DNA of 63,965 nucleotides, filler included, from Cladosporium halotolerans (Eukaryota), in NCBI RefSeq assembly GCF_011745625.1. It is 4 parts of 4 records of this genome, joined end to end, with 100 filler letters (N's around TTAATTAATTAA, not from the genome) between each part and the next. Parts side by side here need not be neighbours in the genome. Positions count along the whole stretch, not along the records: positions 1 to 19,204 come from NW_027191550.1; 3 more parts are not named here. One strand, given 5' to 3'. The translations under genes were made by a program, and so were the position numbers. The notes beneath the pieces were generated by a model. It searched no databases. It saw only the letters and a program-made list of their open reading frames with translations, and was not told where the DNA came from. Of this stretch, positions 1 through 14,052 are shown piece after piece. The number at the start of each line of letters is the position of its first letter. Position 1 is the stretch's first letter.

Positions 1-517
1 GCACGAGAAGGGAGTTGAGGGAGCTCGCCCAACAAATGCTTTGCCAAAAGCTGATGCTGCCACAAAAAGCCGGCATCCCAAGCACCATTCAGCAACCTGC
101 TCAGGAGGTTGGCATTCCGAGCTTGGGACAAGGTGAAGGGAATTCCAATTGTAAGCAATGACTAGAGCAAGCACAGCAGCCGAATGGCTCGACTAATACT
201 CACAAGTGAGCCACGATCCATGCGCATTCGAAATGCCACCAACGTACGCACAAGTTCCGTCGGAGACGACAATGCGAGCGCCCGCATGCCACTCATTGAA
301 CCTTTCCTCGCCTTCTTCATGATTCGATCTTGGGATCTTGCCACAAAGAAATTTTTTTCAAAACTCATCTCATTGCCTAGCTGCTGTATGTAAAGTCGAC
401 CCCATTTCCAACGACCATTGTCGATCTATTCTCTGTTTTCAGCAGCTATTGTGGCCCGCGTCTCAGCTCGATCTTCGGAAGTGACTTTGTTCTGAAGCCC
501 CACCAGCAAGTCAACAA

Positions 518-1303
518 TCAATCACGGACATCTCGCTCCGAAGCCAGGAGAGGCATCCACTCTTGCCTGACCACGTCGAATCGATGACCCGCAAAGACAG
601 CCGTTTGTAGTGCTGAAACGCCGTACTCCTGCGCCAGCACAGTCGCAAAGGCGGAGGGAACTTTCGCCGCAACACCTTCAAATGTGGTGTCTGCGAGGGG
701 AAGTATGTTGCTCGTCGAATATCGATGCCCGTCCTTGCACATCACCACTGCCTTTACGCCCTCCTCTCTTTCAGCATGGTCATCGTAGCGAAGCGTGGTG
801 ATGTCGATGTAGAGCCCCGACGACATATCCAACCAACGAGCATCGATCTTGTTATCAACATCGTCGAAGCTAGTACTGGCCCAGTTTGGGTTGATCTCAA
901 GCAGATAGTCTCGAGCAACACCAGATCCGGGGAGTTCGTAACGGTGCACTGTCATGTTGTAATAGCTGGATAGGTGCTGCATGCTTTTCTCTGTAATTTG
1001 AACGTCCAGATCCAGGTCCCAAGGTAAGATCTTGCGGTTCCAGTACCACCCGAGCAAAGAGCCGTGCATGAGCCATGTTTCGGCGCCGATATCGTTCATT
1101 GTGGATAGAAAGAAGGTAATCAGACAAGAGAGACGCGAGCGCCGTTCACCGTTCGACAATGGGCCTCTGTCGAAACGATCGTCGGAATGACTGCGGACGG
1201 GCGACTCGTGGAAGTACTTCTGAGGTACGCCGTCACCGCTTGCATCAGACACGGCTGCAAGCTTGCGGCGAATCAGAACAGAACTGACACCCTTAGACAC
1301 CAT
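518..1303 (-). CDS. LicD-family (MNN4/fukutin-related) phospho-sugar transferase
   Basis: 261-aa ORF with KYFHE, ETWLMHGSLLGWYWNRKILPWDLDLDVQ (DxD), YLLEINP, IDARWLD...GLYIDIT and CKDGHRY motifs typical of fungal LicD proteins. An upstream exon or membrane anchor may be missing from this call. Confidence 0.85.
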   Translation of the reverse strand: MVSKGVSSVLIRRKLAAVSDASGDGVPQKYFHESPVRSHSDDRFDRGPLSNGERRSRLSCLITFFLSTMNDIGAETWLMHGSLLGWYWNRKILPWDLDLDVQITEKSMQHLSSYYNMTVHRYELPGSGVARDYLLEINPNWASTSFDDVDNKIDARWLDMSSGLYIDITTLRYDDHAEREEGVKAVVMCKDGHRYSTSNILPLADTTFEGVAAKVPSAFATVLAQEYGVSALQTAVFAGHRFDVVRQEWMPLLASERDVRD

Positions 1304-4300
1304 ATCGTGCGATGGCCGAGTGGGCGCATTCAGCTCGGCTCGATGTGGTGAGGATATGGTGTCAGCTGTGGGAAAATAGAATCAAAGGCAACACTGCGCG
1401 GTCTAGGGACCAGTTGCGGCGGGAGATCTTGCGGTTCGGTATGGCTGGGGCTGCCGAGAGATATACATGTATGATGGAATAGGGAATTGGACAGGATTGG
1501 CCAACCCTGGAACGTCAAAGCATGCAAAGAAATCCCTGCCAGCAGGCGCTCGGCAGACATGTGCATCAACATTCGCATGCTTTGGGGTGATGATGTACAT
1601 TTCATGGCAGTCCGAAACCTTCTTGGGGCGGAGCGGCGTGCAAGTATGCTTTTCGTGACTTGGCGCAATTTTCATACTTTATGCTCCTACTGCAGCGAGT
1701 TGGCCCGACATCAGCTGTCTAGGCGACCTGACTGATGTAACTCAGCCACAGCACAGGAAAGGGGCTGTTATCATCCACCCGATTGGTGCCGTGTCTGAGA
1801 GTGGGAGACTCCTTGCTGCGCAACACCATCTCGCCAATTTTGTGGGATATCCACGGAAGATTCTGCACGTTGAGTCCAGTGATCAAACTCTTGAATTTAT
1901 GCAATCGAGCCGAATTAACAACAGACAACCGTGTTCTGGTGGTCGCGTAGGATGGTAAGTGCAAGAGCCAAGGCCGCCTTCTAGACAGTCGAGCCCATCG
2001 CGCGCTCGTATAGTATTGACGTGTATTGAAAGTGATCCACCTTCTCTCGCGACCATGTGTATATTCTCTCTTGCCTGAATCCTGCTCACCCGCGATGTCA
2101 ATTTGGGGGCGATTCGCGAGACTGCCGGCGCAATTTGCCTGCTACTATGCAGTGGCGCAGGATTTTCGTGTCGTGCAGCTCTTGAGAAATGGGACGTCGC
2201 AAAGTGGCGGCCGGGCCGCCCGGATGTTGAAATAAAACGATGCGTCGACAAGCCGCGGATCGCAGACCGCTCGGCAGGTTGCATGTTTTTCGACAACCGA
2301 ACCGGTATTGGAAATATGTTCGAGCGTGCTGGTGCTTAGACACGATGGGAGACAACGCGACAACGCGACAACATGCAGACGACATCGGGTGAAAATGTCA
2401 GGCATATGAAGAAGAACGCAAGAGGGTCAATGTGGGTCGCCCAAGCGCGAGCTCCAGCGGCAGAGCGCAAGACGGAAATGCACGCAATCTTGAACAAGGC
2501 CAATAATGTGAACACGCTTTGTGCACCATGTCAGCAGTGGTTGAGTACTGCGCTCAAAGGTTTCTCCAGGAGCATACACCCACCATCTGATCGCTGCGAG
2601 TTCCTTCTGTTCGTCAGAATGCTGCAAAAGCAGAGCGACAGAGCAGCATCCAGCCGTCAACTGCACCAGCAACCATACGGAATGCGACCACATTCGAGCA
2701 TCCTCACCAAAGAGGCGAACGTCCATCAGTACGGGAAAACCCGCAAGAAGTGATGCGTAACACGCCGTTCTTGTCCTGCGAAACTGCCGTTAGTTGTCTT
2801 AAGACGATCGAGATGATGCAGCCAGCGGACAAAGCCCGACTCACAACCCATTCTGTCCGAAACCTCTTAGCCTGCATATGTACCACACGAGCAGCGCCAT
2901 GCAAGAGTAGAGTGCTACAGCTAGGCCGTGCAAGCTGGTGAGAATGAGGTCGACGATGAAAGACATCGTGCCGGGGCGAAATGAAGAGTAATCGGTCAAC
3001 GGCTTCAGAGAGCTTATCGTGTCAAGGAGGTGGAGCGGACATGGGGCCATTGGCGCGTCTCCTTTCTCGTGTGTAAATTTAGAACAAGTCTCGCGCCGAT
3101 GTATTTCGGAAGGGTCAAAACAGAGGACTCGCCTCCGCACGCATGCAGAACGTTTGGACGAGGGATCTACTGTAAGTAGATCTTTCAGCATCCGGCGGAA
3201 TGAATGCAACCAGCCAAGCCTTGAATATTGCCGTGTTGCCATCTTATCGGCAGCACCAAGTGCTGCAGCATGGGCGCGAAGCAGAAGACCGGACTACTAC
3301 TCTAGGGTTGAAGCCGCTCGCTAGGGCACGCTAGGGCACGCCAGGGCGCGCCAGTCAGATGGTCGTTCCCCGGCGGCTCCCCTGGCCGCTGTCCGCTGCG
3401 CTGACGCGAGCTCACCTTGACGGAGATCCAAGGGAGTTAAGGGGAATGATGCAGTGCAGATCAGAAAGTGGACAAGCGGTCATATGTCCACCTTCCGCGC
3501 AAGGATCTGAACATCAATGGCATGGCATTGGTCGATCTTTGGAGCCCAAAGCGGAGCCATCATAAACGCGGGCCGGTGTGGCAGAGGTGGTTTTGTGGCA
3601 TCTGGTAGAGGCGGAGTCGCGTCAAATTGGCAGAACAATGGTGGCGTGGAGCCTGCGCAACGCCGGGATTGGTCGACTCCGAGGCACGTCAATTTCGGGA
3701 CTGGCAGCTCCGATTGGTCGATATCCAAGATGATGTCCCGGCTTTTGAAAGGAGGCTGAACGACGGGCGGCTTGCGTAAGTGACGAGCCTCAATCCTTCC
3801 GCGTTCTTCCACGTTCCAGATTTGGCGGCGCGTCTGCAGAGCGCGGACACACAGATTGCGCGGCAATGCTGCTGCAAGCTTTAAAATTCCATGATTCACG
3901 AATGCCGCAACAGAGGTTGCTCTCGGCTTGTGCGCATACGAAACTTGTACCAGAATCTCGTAGCTTGACTTCACTGTGACGCCAGCGCAGCAGAAATGTT
4001 GAATCAAGTCTAACGTACAGTCACTCAATGTCAGAGCAAGCCATCTTCTGGTATAATTGCCAGCTGCTTCATGACGTGAAAAATAATCCCTTGGTCTTTC
4101 GATCGCTGCAGGCAAAACGAAGTGTGTGGCAGTGAGCTTGAGCATCACTCTCCTCGCAATCAACGACGAACTGCGCCCCTGCCCGGAGGCTTTCTGTTCA
4201 GCGACAGCCCTGTTCGGTGGATTCGTTCTCGCCGCTCCTCTTCATGACGAATTTCAACGCAAGATAGACTTCCCAACATAGGGAAACTGTTCGGGAAGAC

Positions 4301-4381
4301 TGGCACAGCCTACTCACGATAAATCTAGAAGCTATGGACAGTACATTCCGGAAGCTGTATAGCACAGTACAGACTGCACCA

Positions 4382-5113
4382 TCAAAGCGGAGATCGTGAT
4401 CGGGCCCCACGATGTGCAATATGCCTCATTTCAACGGGGTCATGTGAAGCGTATCGACCGCCTCTGGCGGACACCACGAGCCGGCTAAAGACCAAGCTCA
4501 TCACTTCGTCGCCTCTCCCAATGGATACTTCGTGCTCGACAACTCGGTCGCGTCGAGTTTTGGGGCGGCGTTTGTCTACAGCCACGGGAGTCCCGCGCCA
4601 AGCTGATGATGGACCCGCGCATCTAGACCGTGCATGGGAATCGGAGAAATGGTGGGACTGCCTCCTGCTTGGTTCCATTCGACCACGATCAAGTTCTGCA
4701 CGTTGGATCAGGATGCAGCGAGTCCATTCGAAAGACCGGGGTATCTCCACTATTGTAGGGCGGTGCTCCCGCCATGGTTTCTGGACACACTTCCCGAGTC
4801 TGAAATCAAACCGGGTCAAGATGTACGCGGTTACATCATTGCAGAAATCGCAATTTCGAGGCAGCGAAAACTTGCTCGAGTGTCGATAGCAGTCGATGTT
4901 CCTAAGCACATGATCCTCAAAATCTTGCAGCAAGTCATGCTCACGTTGGTGGAGAGGACGCGACAGTGATTGCACAGGGTCCCCGCGAAAGTGCACTCTC
5001 TCCGGCATTGGGCTTGCGGAAACGGTCGCTGTGCGCATACGATGCCCCGGCTCGGAGGCTAGTCCTGAATTTCCGAGGGGCTCAAAATCTGACTTCAACG
5101 CTGTAGAGGCCAA
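4382..5113 (-). CDS. hypothetical protein
   Basis: 243-aa open frame with a small His/Cys-containing segment (FEDH...C...C..C.DV..Y...VEIP); family not identified and start codon uncertain. Confidence 0.3.
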   Translation of the reverse strand: MASTALKSDFEPLGNSGLASEPGHRMRTATVSASPMPERVHFRGDPVQSLSRPLHQREHDLLQDFEDHVLRNIDCYRHSSKFSLPRNCDFCNDVTAYILTRFDFRLGKCVQKPWREHRPTIVEIPRSFEWTRCILIQRAELDRGRMEPSRRQSHHFSDSHARSRCAGPSSAWRGTPVAVDKRRPKTRRDRVVEHEVSIGRGDEVMSLVFSRLVVSARGGRYASHDPVEMRHIAHRGARSRSPL

Positions 5114-5532
5114 TCCAATGTTGCGAGGCTGCTCCTAGCGGGATCATCATCGATTATCCAGAAGCATTTCGCCGGCGCCGCGGCCAACATCATTTCATTC
5201 ATAGTCCATGGAGATGTGACGCGTGACGTTCTACCGCCGCGCTTTCCGCAAAAGCCACACGACGAGGGGGAACACGACGAGGGGGGAGGGGGAACAGGCG
5301 AGGAGGGGCCATTGAGCCTGCCACGTCAACGAGCCATGTCCGCATCCCAAGCGCCGTCATGCTTAATTTAACGTGCGACAAATGCTACTGTACAGTGCAG
5401 TACCCGCAGCTTCTTACGTGGCCAGCGGTCATGCGCAGTCCTCTTGATGTCGTGATTGCCCAAGTCTTGACCGGCTGCAAGTACGGTATCGCCCGTGGCC
5501 CCCAGCTCATTCGTCTTCCCGGGTCACTCCCC

Positions 5533-8500
5533 TCACTCGAGTCCCTCTGGAGTCAACTCAGAAATCCTCGCAATTTTCTCAGCCAGCTCTCCAATGCTTC
5601 TTTCGTTGATTACGTCGAACATACTCACATCGGCTTTCATCGTTTCTCGAACCCAAGTTCGGAATCCCAAAGCACTGAGAGAATCGATGCCGTACGAATG
5701 CAATGGTTCCGATGACTGGATCAAATCAGCGGAGCGACCCAGGCTTTTCGCCAAATGAGCTTTGACAGCATCGACGACACACTTTCGCGCCTCTTCCATC
5801 GAAGTCACCGCTGAAATTTGATGACTGAAATCCTCTGATCGGCGGATGAGCACTTTGTTGTCTTTTCCCGCGGCAGCGGAGACGCCCAAGCCTTTCAGAA
5901 GCGCAAAAAATGGTCGGTCGTAATGTTCCGGCATTTCATGTTGACCCAGTTGCAGCATTCCTCCAGAGGGGAGTCCGGTGCACAGTTGCGGCGGGAAATT
6001 ACAACTGGTAATCTCTCCAATTATGCACATGATCATTATGTCGTGAAGATCAGCTTCCGTCATCCAAGTGGCTTCTGAAGTCGAAAAGCTTGCCGACACA
6101 GTGCCGTCGTTTACCGCACCAACGTCCAACATCGGGCCCAGATCAATGGTGACCGCGGGTAAGCTTAGACTTCGGCGATAGTGCGCGAGCGCGTCTTGGA
6201 ACGTGTTGCCGGCGGCGTATCCAGCTTGACTGACGTGACCCATGAGCCCAGCGACGGATCCCAGCATGACGAAGAAGTCGATGTCTTTGGGGAGGCGTCT
6301 GTGGAGATTCCAGGACCCTTGCACCTTCGCTCTCAGATTGGCTTGCCAATCTTCGAAGGTGAAGTTGTCGAAGATTGCGTCCCGGTAGACCGTCGCTGCC
6401 TGAATGACGCCGCGAATAGGGGGCATCGTGCCATCGCAATCGTGCAGTGCGGCCTTCAAGGAGCCGTCGTCGCCTATGTCGCAAGCGAGCACCTTCACCG
6501 CCACACCAACCTCTGCCATCTCCTTGATGAACGTCTCCGCTGAAGGGGAATTGTGCCCACCTCGTGAGAGAAGCGCGAGGTTGCGGGCTCCATGGTCGAC
6601 GAGTAGTCGGGCGAGGCTTTGACCCAGCCCACCGAGGCCGCCGGCCAATACGTATGTCGCTTGCTCGCAAAGATAAAGCTTGCGATTCACGCTTGGCGCT
6701 ATTGGCACCATGTCCGCGTCGTTGAGCAACAGGATGACGCCTCCTTCAGTGCCCTGCTCTTGTTGACATTTCAGCGCCTCGGAGATGCGGGCCGACTCAA
6801 ACAGGTCGAACGACGCTGCAAGCCCGGAAAGTTGCGGTAAGTAGTTCGCAGCGCGCGAGGCTGACTTTTGTAGCGAGACAGGATCTTCAGGGAGGAGTGG
6901 TCCAACGCCCATGACCGATATGGTGTCTTCGCAGGAGGGCACGTCTTGGCCAGGCTCACTCGCCGCATGCACATCGACCAGGGTACCGTGTTGCGCGACG
7001 CAATGTGAGAGTAGACACGGAGCCGAGCTACTCTTGGAGGTACGCAAGACGACATCCAGTCCACGCTCACCGGCCAAAGTTTTCGCTGCCTGTGGAAGGT
7101 CCATGTCACCTTCTCTGAACACATTTGGCCGTGATACACCCAGAGAGACTATCTTGTCGGTTTCCGCTTTGTCGCGAGCAGTCGCGTATACCACGGCATC
7201 CAACGCCAGAGCCAGCAGCACTGCGGCCCTTCCGATCTTCGTGCCTGCGGTCTGGACGAGTACTGTCTGACCGGGCTTTACGCGCGCCACGTCTGTCAAA
7301 ACACGGAGGGCTGTTGCGAACGTGTTCGGTATGCAGGCCGCCTCCTCCATAATCGCACCTGGAGGCACGACTTGGCAATACACTTCTTTCGCGATCACGC
7401 GAGTCGACAGAGGCCCGACATAGGAGACACAGACTTGGTCAGCAGGGCCGAGGCGAGTGACGCCGCGCCCGACAGCTCTGATCACGCCGCTGCCCTCTCG
7501 GCGAGTACTGTTCCCGGCTGGACTGAGGTCGGAGTCGGTAAGGACGACATACTGCATTTCGATCTCAACCTCATCTGCCGCCAGACGCGAGACGGATGGA
7601 GAGTCGGGCACGAAGCGCGCAGATTCTGCATCCTTTCCGTGCAAGATGCGCAAGGGCATTGACGACTTCGCCACGCCAAGCGGTGCCCTTTCGAGTTGTA
7701 CTGACATTTCCCTTCCTTCCAGCGTCCGAGACAAGCTTTCCTCGTGGTACCATCTGGGGATGTACAAGTTTCCGTCCTCCTCGGCGATTTCTCTCTCCCT
7801 CGTCTGAGTCAGAGCCAGACGTGCGATCGCACAACTGTGGTTTTGAAAAGCTGCTGCCTTCTTCCTGGTCAGCGTCAAATGCTGATAGACTCGGTCCGTG
7901 TTCTCGTTCTGTAGCACACGCAACCAGCCAAGGGCGATCGCCATGTGCGGATCGTCGCCCGAGCAAACCCAGAGCAGCCGTCTGCTTTGCAACGCGACTT
8001 CGCGGAGCACCTCGAAACCTGCAGCGTCGATATTGCTCAAGAAGGATGCCTCGATATCCAAAAGCGAGATCACAAACTTGCCCGTCACCTGCGCGACACT
8101 CGGTGGCCACTCTCCGACGGCGGCTTCCAGTCCGGCATCGTTGAGTATTCCCTCCAGAGCAGAGATGACGTCGACAGTCTCTTCCGTGCAGTGCGGTGGT
8201 TTGAGCACGCAGATGGGTGCGCCGGTGATTTCACGGGAGATAGTCGCGGGCCTTTCCCTGCATAGCGCGGCTGCTTTCCCGCAGTCCGGATCTTCGACGT
8301 TTAGACTCTGCCACGGACGAAGGCGTCCGCTGGAAGATGTTTGGGCCGTCCCGAAGCCGTAAAAGGCCAGGCTGAGGTCGACGTTAGTGCGACGTATAGC
8401 GCGAGATACGTTCGGGGAGGACGCGGGACTCACTTGGCTCGGGTGTTCTGTATAGTGTCCAGCACAATCAGCAACGCGCCGGCCTTCAACAGATTCTGTG

Positions 8501-11500
8501 CTTGAGCAACGAGCACTCTAGTCGCCTTTTCGTCGTTGTGCTCGGGAATGGCGAGTAGCACGGCGTCAAATTTGTCACCTTTCGGTGTGTGCGACACCAG
8601 CGAGCCTGTCCGATTCCAATGTGATGTGGCTACGGAACAACCATCGTACTGCCGTTCCCGGATCCGCCGTATGTTCTCCTCCTCGGAATCGAGGACCAGA
8701 ATCTCCGCTGTCACGGCGGGGACGTTTGTGTCGCTTGCTATCGTGGCGACGAAAGTGTCGGTGAGGCCTTCGCCGAACCCTCCAACCTGCAAAATACTAA
8801 GTTTCGGGGTCTTGAACGCTGCCAAACACAAAACCTGCGAATTTTGTCAGTCCGGGTGCGACGATTACTCCGAACCGCTTCTGACGCGTCACTCTCACCT
8901 GTGCAACCGCACTTTGCAGTCTGGTTGAAAGCGCGGCGACACGACCATCGGTGGCGCTGAGCTGATCTCGCTCGGGGTTCTTCATGATGTAGGCTTTCAG
9001 TCCATCGTTGTCTAAAAGGTCAAGGTCGGGCTGCCATGCGACACTGCCCAGGGGGGCGGACTGTGTCTCGTCGACGTTATGGGCACCCTCCGGTGAAGGC
9101 AGTTCTGTGCACCGCAAGCCCTCTATCTGGAGCAGTCGTCGCGCCCAGTCGTCAGAGGAGACGTATACGTCCGCAGTCACCTCTCGCGTCGTCTCTTTCA
9201 CGTCCGTGACGGTGAAGCCGGATAGGCACGTGCCCGCGTCTGTGGGCATGTCGGCCGAGATCACGACCTTGTCGAATGCTATGGGCAGAGCCGCGCTCGA
9301 AAACGCCGAGCCCTTGTTCATCGCCCCAAACATCGCATGCACGATCGCATCCAGCGTGGTTGGGTGTATGAGATGCTTGCTCTCTGACGCGGGAGCCTTC
9401 CTGTCCAGTAGCTGGACGCGCCACCAGCAGCCACCGTCGCCGCTTCTGGCCACGTCCACAACCCCTTGGAATTGAGACCCGTACGCTACCCCAGCGGCTT
9501 CGCTCGCCTCGTAGAATGCCGCACGGCATAGTCTGTCAGCTGATGAGCCCACAAGCTTACCGTACTTCAGCTTCTGAGCTTGGTGCACCACGTCGCTCGC
9601 CGGCTGCGAAGAGGGTTCCGCCGGGCTGTATTCCAACATGATCTGACCAGAAACGTGGCGCTCGGGCTCCACGTGTGATTTGGTGCATGAAATCGAGAAC
9701 TCCCACCAGCCGGACCAAGTGCCGTCAGACCTGTCGTCCACTCGGTGGAAGCGAGTGACGAGTTCTTGCGCCCCCTCTTCCTCCTGCTCGAGCACCAAGG
9801 CTTTGAATATATGGACACCCCTCATTCTGACATTCGCAAGCTTGCGGTCCTTCTCGGCGAGCTGTAAGGCCGCCTCGATGGCCATTGCAAGAAAGCCCGC
9901 TCCGGGAAACACTATCGACCCGTGCACCACATGCTCCCTGAACCAAGGGCTTTCGCTGAAGCGCAGGAAGTGTCTCCACGCCGGCGCCAGAGCGTCTGAG
10001 CCGGCCAACCTCTTCCCGAGGAGACCGTGATGGGGGAAGGCGCGGTGCAAGACATCGTGCGTGACACGCGAAGTGGCCCAGTACTTGTTCAGTCGATCCC
10101 AAGGGTACGACGGGAGGTCGGCGAGAACGCGGGGCTGCCGTGGGTGGTTGTTGACCGCGGTGACGTCAACCGGACACCCGCGCGACCACAGCTCGCCTGC
10201 GGCGGCCGTCGCGCTTTCGAGCGCGTCGCGGCCACGATTCAACATCGGCACATACGCCACGCTCTCGACCGCCTTAAACTTCAGTATGTCTGCGAGGGGC
10301 CCGCGCAGTGCCGCGTGCGGGCCAATCTCGAGCAGAACATCCACGGCGGGCTCGGCAGTACCCTGCTGGCGTCGAAACGTCTTTTTGGTGCCTTTCAGCA
10401 TCGCGGAGACTGCGTCGGAGAACAGCACCGGAGATACAAGATTCCGCACCCAATACTCTGGATCCAAATCGGAAGAGCTCGTCAATCTCCCCGTGACGCT
10501 CGACAGCAGTGCCACGTCGGAACGCACCACTTCGGTCAGAACGGCGACGTGAGCGATCGAATCCAGGTAGCGGTCCGCCACCAACTTCATGTGATGCGAG
10601 TGGTAGGCGTTCTCCACCCTCAACTCCCGCGCGGAGACTCCGTTCGCGATCAGCTTGGTGAGAAGCTCTTGGATCTCGACAGCGTCTCCGGAGAGAGTCG
10701 TTGAGTTCGGGGAGTTGATGCATGCAATATTGACGCGATCCGGAGCCACGGCGTCCAAATAGGGTCTCACATCCTCCACGCCCAGTCCCACCGCCAACAT
10801 GGCACCTCGGAGGTCGGGCGCGACCTCTTTCAGCCGGGCGCACTCGCGTCCTCGATGGAATGCGATCTCCCACGCGGACTGCCTTGTGATCGCGCCGGTA
10901 CAGTACGCAGCCGCGATTTCTCCACTGGAGTGCCCCGCCACCGCGGTAGGTCGGATGTTCCAACACCGGAGCAAGTCGATCATGGCAACTTGTATGATGG
11001 TGCAGATCGGCTGGGCGAGTTCTGAGGACGCGATGCGGGATTCGTTCTTGGCCTTTTCCAGTTCATCGATCACACTCCAGCCGCAGTCGCACTGTCCGGA
11101 CAAGAATCTGTCCGCCGCTTGAACACTCTCCTGGAAGACGCCGTATCGCATGAGCCCGACACCCATGCGGGGCCACTGTGCGCCCTGCCCGGTAAAGATG
11201 AAACCAATCCTCGGGCTTCTGGCCGCGCGCTTCACTGCCGTTGTGTTCTCCAACAGCTTCTTCCCAAGCTCTTCAAAGTCCGACGCGACGTGGAACACAG
11301 ACCAGTCCATCCTGGATCGGCGACATCCAAGTGTGTAAGACAGGTCATCAAGCTTGCGGTCGACACCGTCGCTATTCTTCGCTTGGTTGATGTACTCCAA
11401 GTATCGCCGCCGCAGCTTTTCGACCGCAGCGGGCTCGTGTCCGCTGAGCACGAAGAGCCGCGGGTGGTTCGGAGTCACGGCTACGACTTCTGATGCATCA

Positions 11501-13110
11501 ACCTGCGCGGCGTGGTCAAGACTCGATATGGACGGCGTGGGGAACGACTCAACTATGGCGTGGGCATTGGTTCCCCCAAACCCGAAAGAATTGATGCTGG
11601 CCCGCCGATCGAGATCCTTCGGCCAAGGCAAAACTTCAGTCGGTACCTTGATTCTGTCCCGCTCGAACGGAATGCGTTTGTTTGGCCTGTCGAAATGGAT
11701 GTTCGGAAGAATGACACCCTTCTCGAGCATCAGGATGCACTTGATCAAGCCCGCAAGTCCGGCGGCACCTTCAGTGTGTCCGATCTGCGTTTCCAGTCAG
11801 CAGTGTTTCCCTTACCCGTACTAAGTGGCGAATGCCAAGCTCACATTGCTCTTGATAGAGCCGACGTAGAGTGGTTCCGAACGCCTCGATTCCACTATCG
11901 CCTGCGCAACTGCGGCAAGTTCGAGAGGGTCTCCCACTGCGGTTCCCGTTCCCTGCTCCCTGCGTGAGTTCGGTCGTCCTAGTGGCACACGTCCTGCAAC
12001 AGTGACTTACGTGCGCTTCAAAGTAGCCGGTGTCTGCAAAGCTCAGCTCTGCGGCAAGGTAAGTGGATCGTATCAGCTCCAATTGGGCCTCGTGGTTGGG
12101 CACCGTGATGCCTTTCGTGTGGCCTATTTTGGAGATTGTCAGCTTCCGGTACGAAAGTGTGAACATTCCCACGATAACAACTGTATCCGCAGCATACCGT
12201 CTTGATTTACCCCCGTGCCTTTGATAACAGCACGAATTGGATCATTATCCCGCAAAGCGTCCGCCAAGGGCTTGAGTATGACCGTGGCGATGCCCTCGCC
12301 GCGGCCGTAGCCTGTCGTGTCGTCCGCGAACGAGCGCGATTTGCCGTCTGCCGAGGACATGTTGAGTCTCGAGAGCCACATGCTTAGATGTGGGCCCAAC
12401 AGGAGTTTCGCGCCGCAGACCATGGCCATGCTCGACTCGCCGGCCGAGAGACTTTGGCATGCGAGGTGCAAGCCGACAAGGGAGGATGAGCATGCCGTAT
12501 CTAAAGACAGGCTCGGCCCCTTCAGGTTGTAGAACCAGGACAGGCGGTTTGAAAGCAGAGAGAATGCGGTGCCTGTCCCCGAGTATTTCGGCGCGCTCTC
12601 AAAGTCACCCATCAGCAGTTGGTGGTAGTCCAGATCGAAGCAACCAACGTAGCAGCCGGTATCGCTTCCGGAGATTGACTCTACTTTGAGTCCCGCATTC
12701 ATGAGAGCGTCATATGAGCACTCCAAAAGCATCCTCGCCTGGGGATCGATCACTTTGGCTTCTTCCGTCGTAATGCCGAAGAATGGCGCGTCGAAAGCGG
12801 AAACGTCCTGCTCCAAGAGGTGCGCCCCGTCAGCGGCGACGTTGTCTGAATGTGTGGCCCCCAGCCGATGGAATGCGTCGATATTGAAGCGATCGACTGG
12901 AATTTTGGAGTGCGCGGCTAACGATTCGCGGCTGTCAGTCACAAATTGTGCCAGCGGCTGGACCAAGCATCAAGGGAGGTACGGACACTTGCATTCGGCG
13001 AGCAGATCCCAGAGCTTCGCATCGCTATCTGCACCGCCAGGAAAACGATAAGCAAGGCCTATCACAGCAATATCGTCCGGCCGCCTCTGGGGGCACGCGA
13101 CTTTCGCCAT
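5533..13110 (-). CDS. highly reducing iterative type I polyketide synthase (KS-AT-DH-pseudoMT-degenerate ER-KR-ACP), 6 introns
   Basis: ATG at 13110 (MAKVACPQRRPDDIAVIG). KS: DTACSSS, EAH|GTGT, KSN|IGHTEGAAG. AT: GQGAQW, GHSSGE, AYHSHHM. DH: EHVVHGSIVFPG and HPTTLD. KR: GGLGGLG and QAGYAAGN. ACP: GIDSL. GT-AG introns at about 12989-12919, 12198-12124, 12010-11953, 11844-11785, 8898-8835 and 8433-8374 join ORFs 12139-12966, 8797-11748, 8430-8831 and 5533-8433. Confidence 0.93.
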
Positions 13111-14052
13111 GATTCAGTCTGCACCGGCGGGAAAGCAGGTAGGGCACGAAAGACGGTGTGAAAGGGGCGAGAAAGAGAGTACAGTGCCGGCGAGCAAAGA
13201 TGGAGCTCGCTGTGCATCGACTGGCAGAGAGCGAGCGGTCAGTCCAAGGCGTACTTATAGCCCACGACTTGCAGATCTGAGGTGGCGAGCCCTAGGTCCG
13301 TTGGGCAATAGTGTTCCAGCGAAGACAGGCACTACTGTTCTGTAGACGAGTGGAAGGGGATGTTGAGGATCTCGTCTGAGGCGATCGCCATCGGTCGCCG
13401 TAGGTCGCCGTCGGTTCCGCCAGGGTTCGTGGTTGGTGACCCGCAGCAGCGGCGATCAGGTCGGTGTCCTCGTTGTCCACCATTGGAGGCCTTTTTTGGT
13501 ATCGGCTCAACGACATCGGCGTAATTGCTGCTTTGATCCATGCTGCCCGTATCGAGTCTTGCTTCCAGGGCTCTTCACACCATCAGCTGCATTTGGAAAG
13601 CATGGGCACCCACTCTACAACTCATTCGATGACAACCCGATCATGCGGATCTCGACCTATCGAGTAAGCTTCCGCCTTGTCTGGATGTTGGGTGGTTATA
13701 CTAATGTAATTGGACTTGGCAAGCTGGACGCGCAAGTAGGCGTACTTCGCTTTCTGTCAGGTAGGCATCAAGATATCGTCGACTCCATGCCAGGTGCCGG
13801 ACGATCGTAGCAGGGCTATGGTGACGACGCACTTATGCAGATGGAACACTACCGATCCTACAGTACTGTAACGTTACATTACATGATGCTCGCCGGCCCA
13901 TTTCTTCATCTCAGGCCAAGGTCCTATCTTCACATGTCGGCGTGAAGAGCAACGCAGTCATGCGCCCCAACAATGGTATGACTCGGACCATCCCTTGCTT
14001 CAGATGCTGCTGTACTGTACTGTACCACCGAGCACTCTTATCATTCCTCCAG

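Noticed and set aside
1330..4200. Several 60-230-aa ORFs and short tandem repeats (CGCTAGGGCA x3 near 3319-3354; GACAACGC x2-3 near 2352)
   Set aside because: No recognisable domains or consistent gene structure; repeats too short to interpret.
13433..13810. Possible small spliced gene upstream of the PKS (GTAAGC...CTAAT...AG)
   Set aside because: Intron-like signals are present but no identifiable product; may be a decayed fragment.
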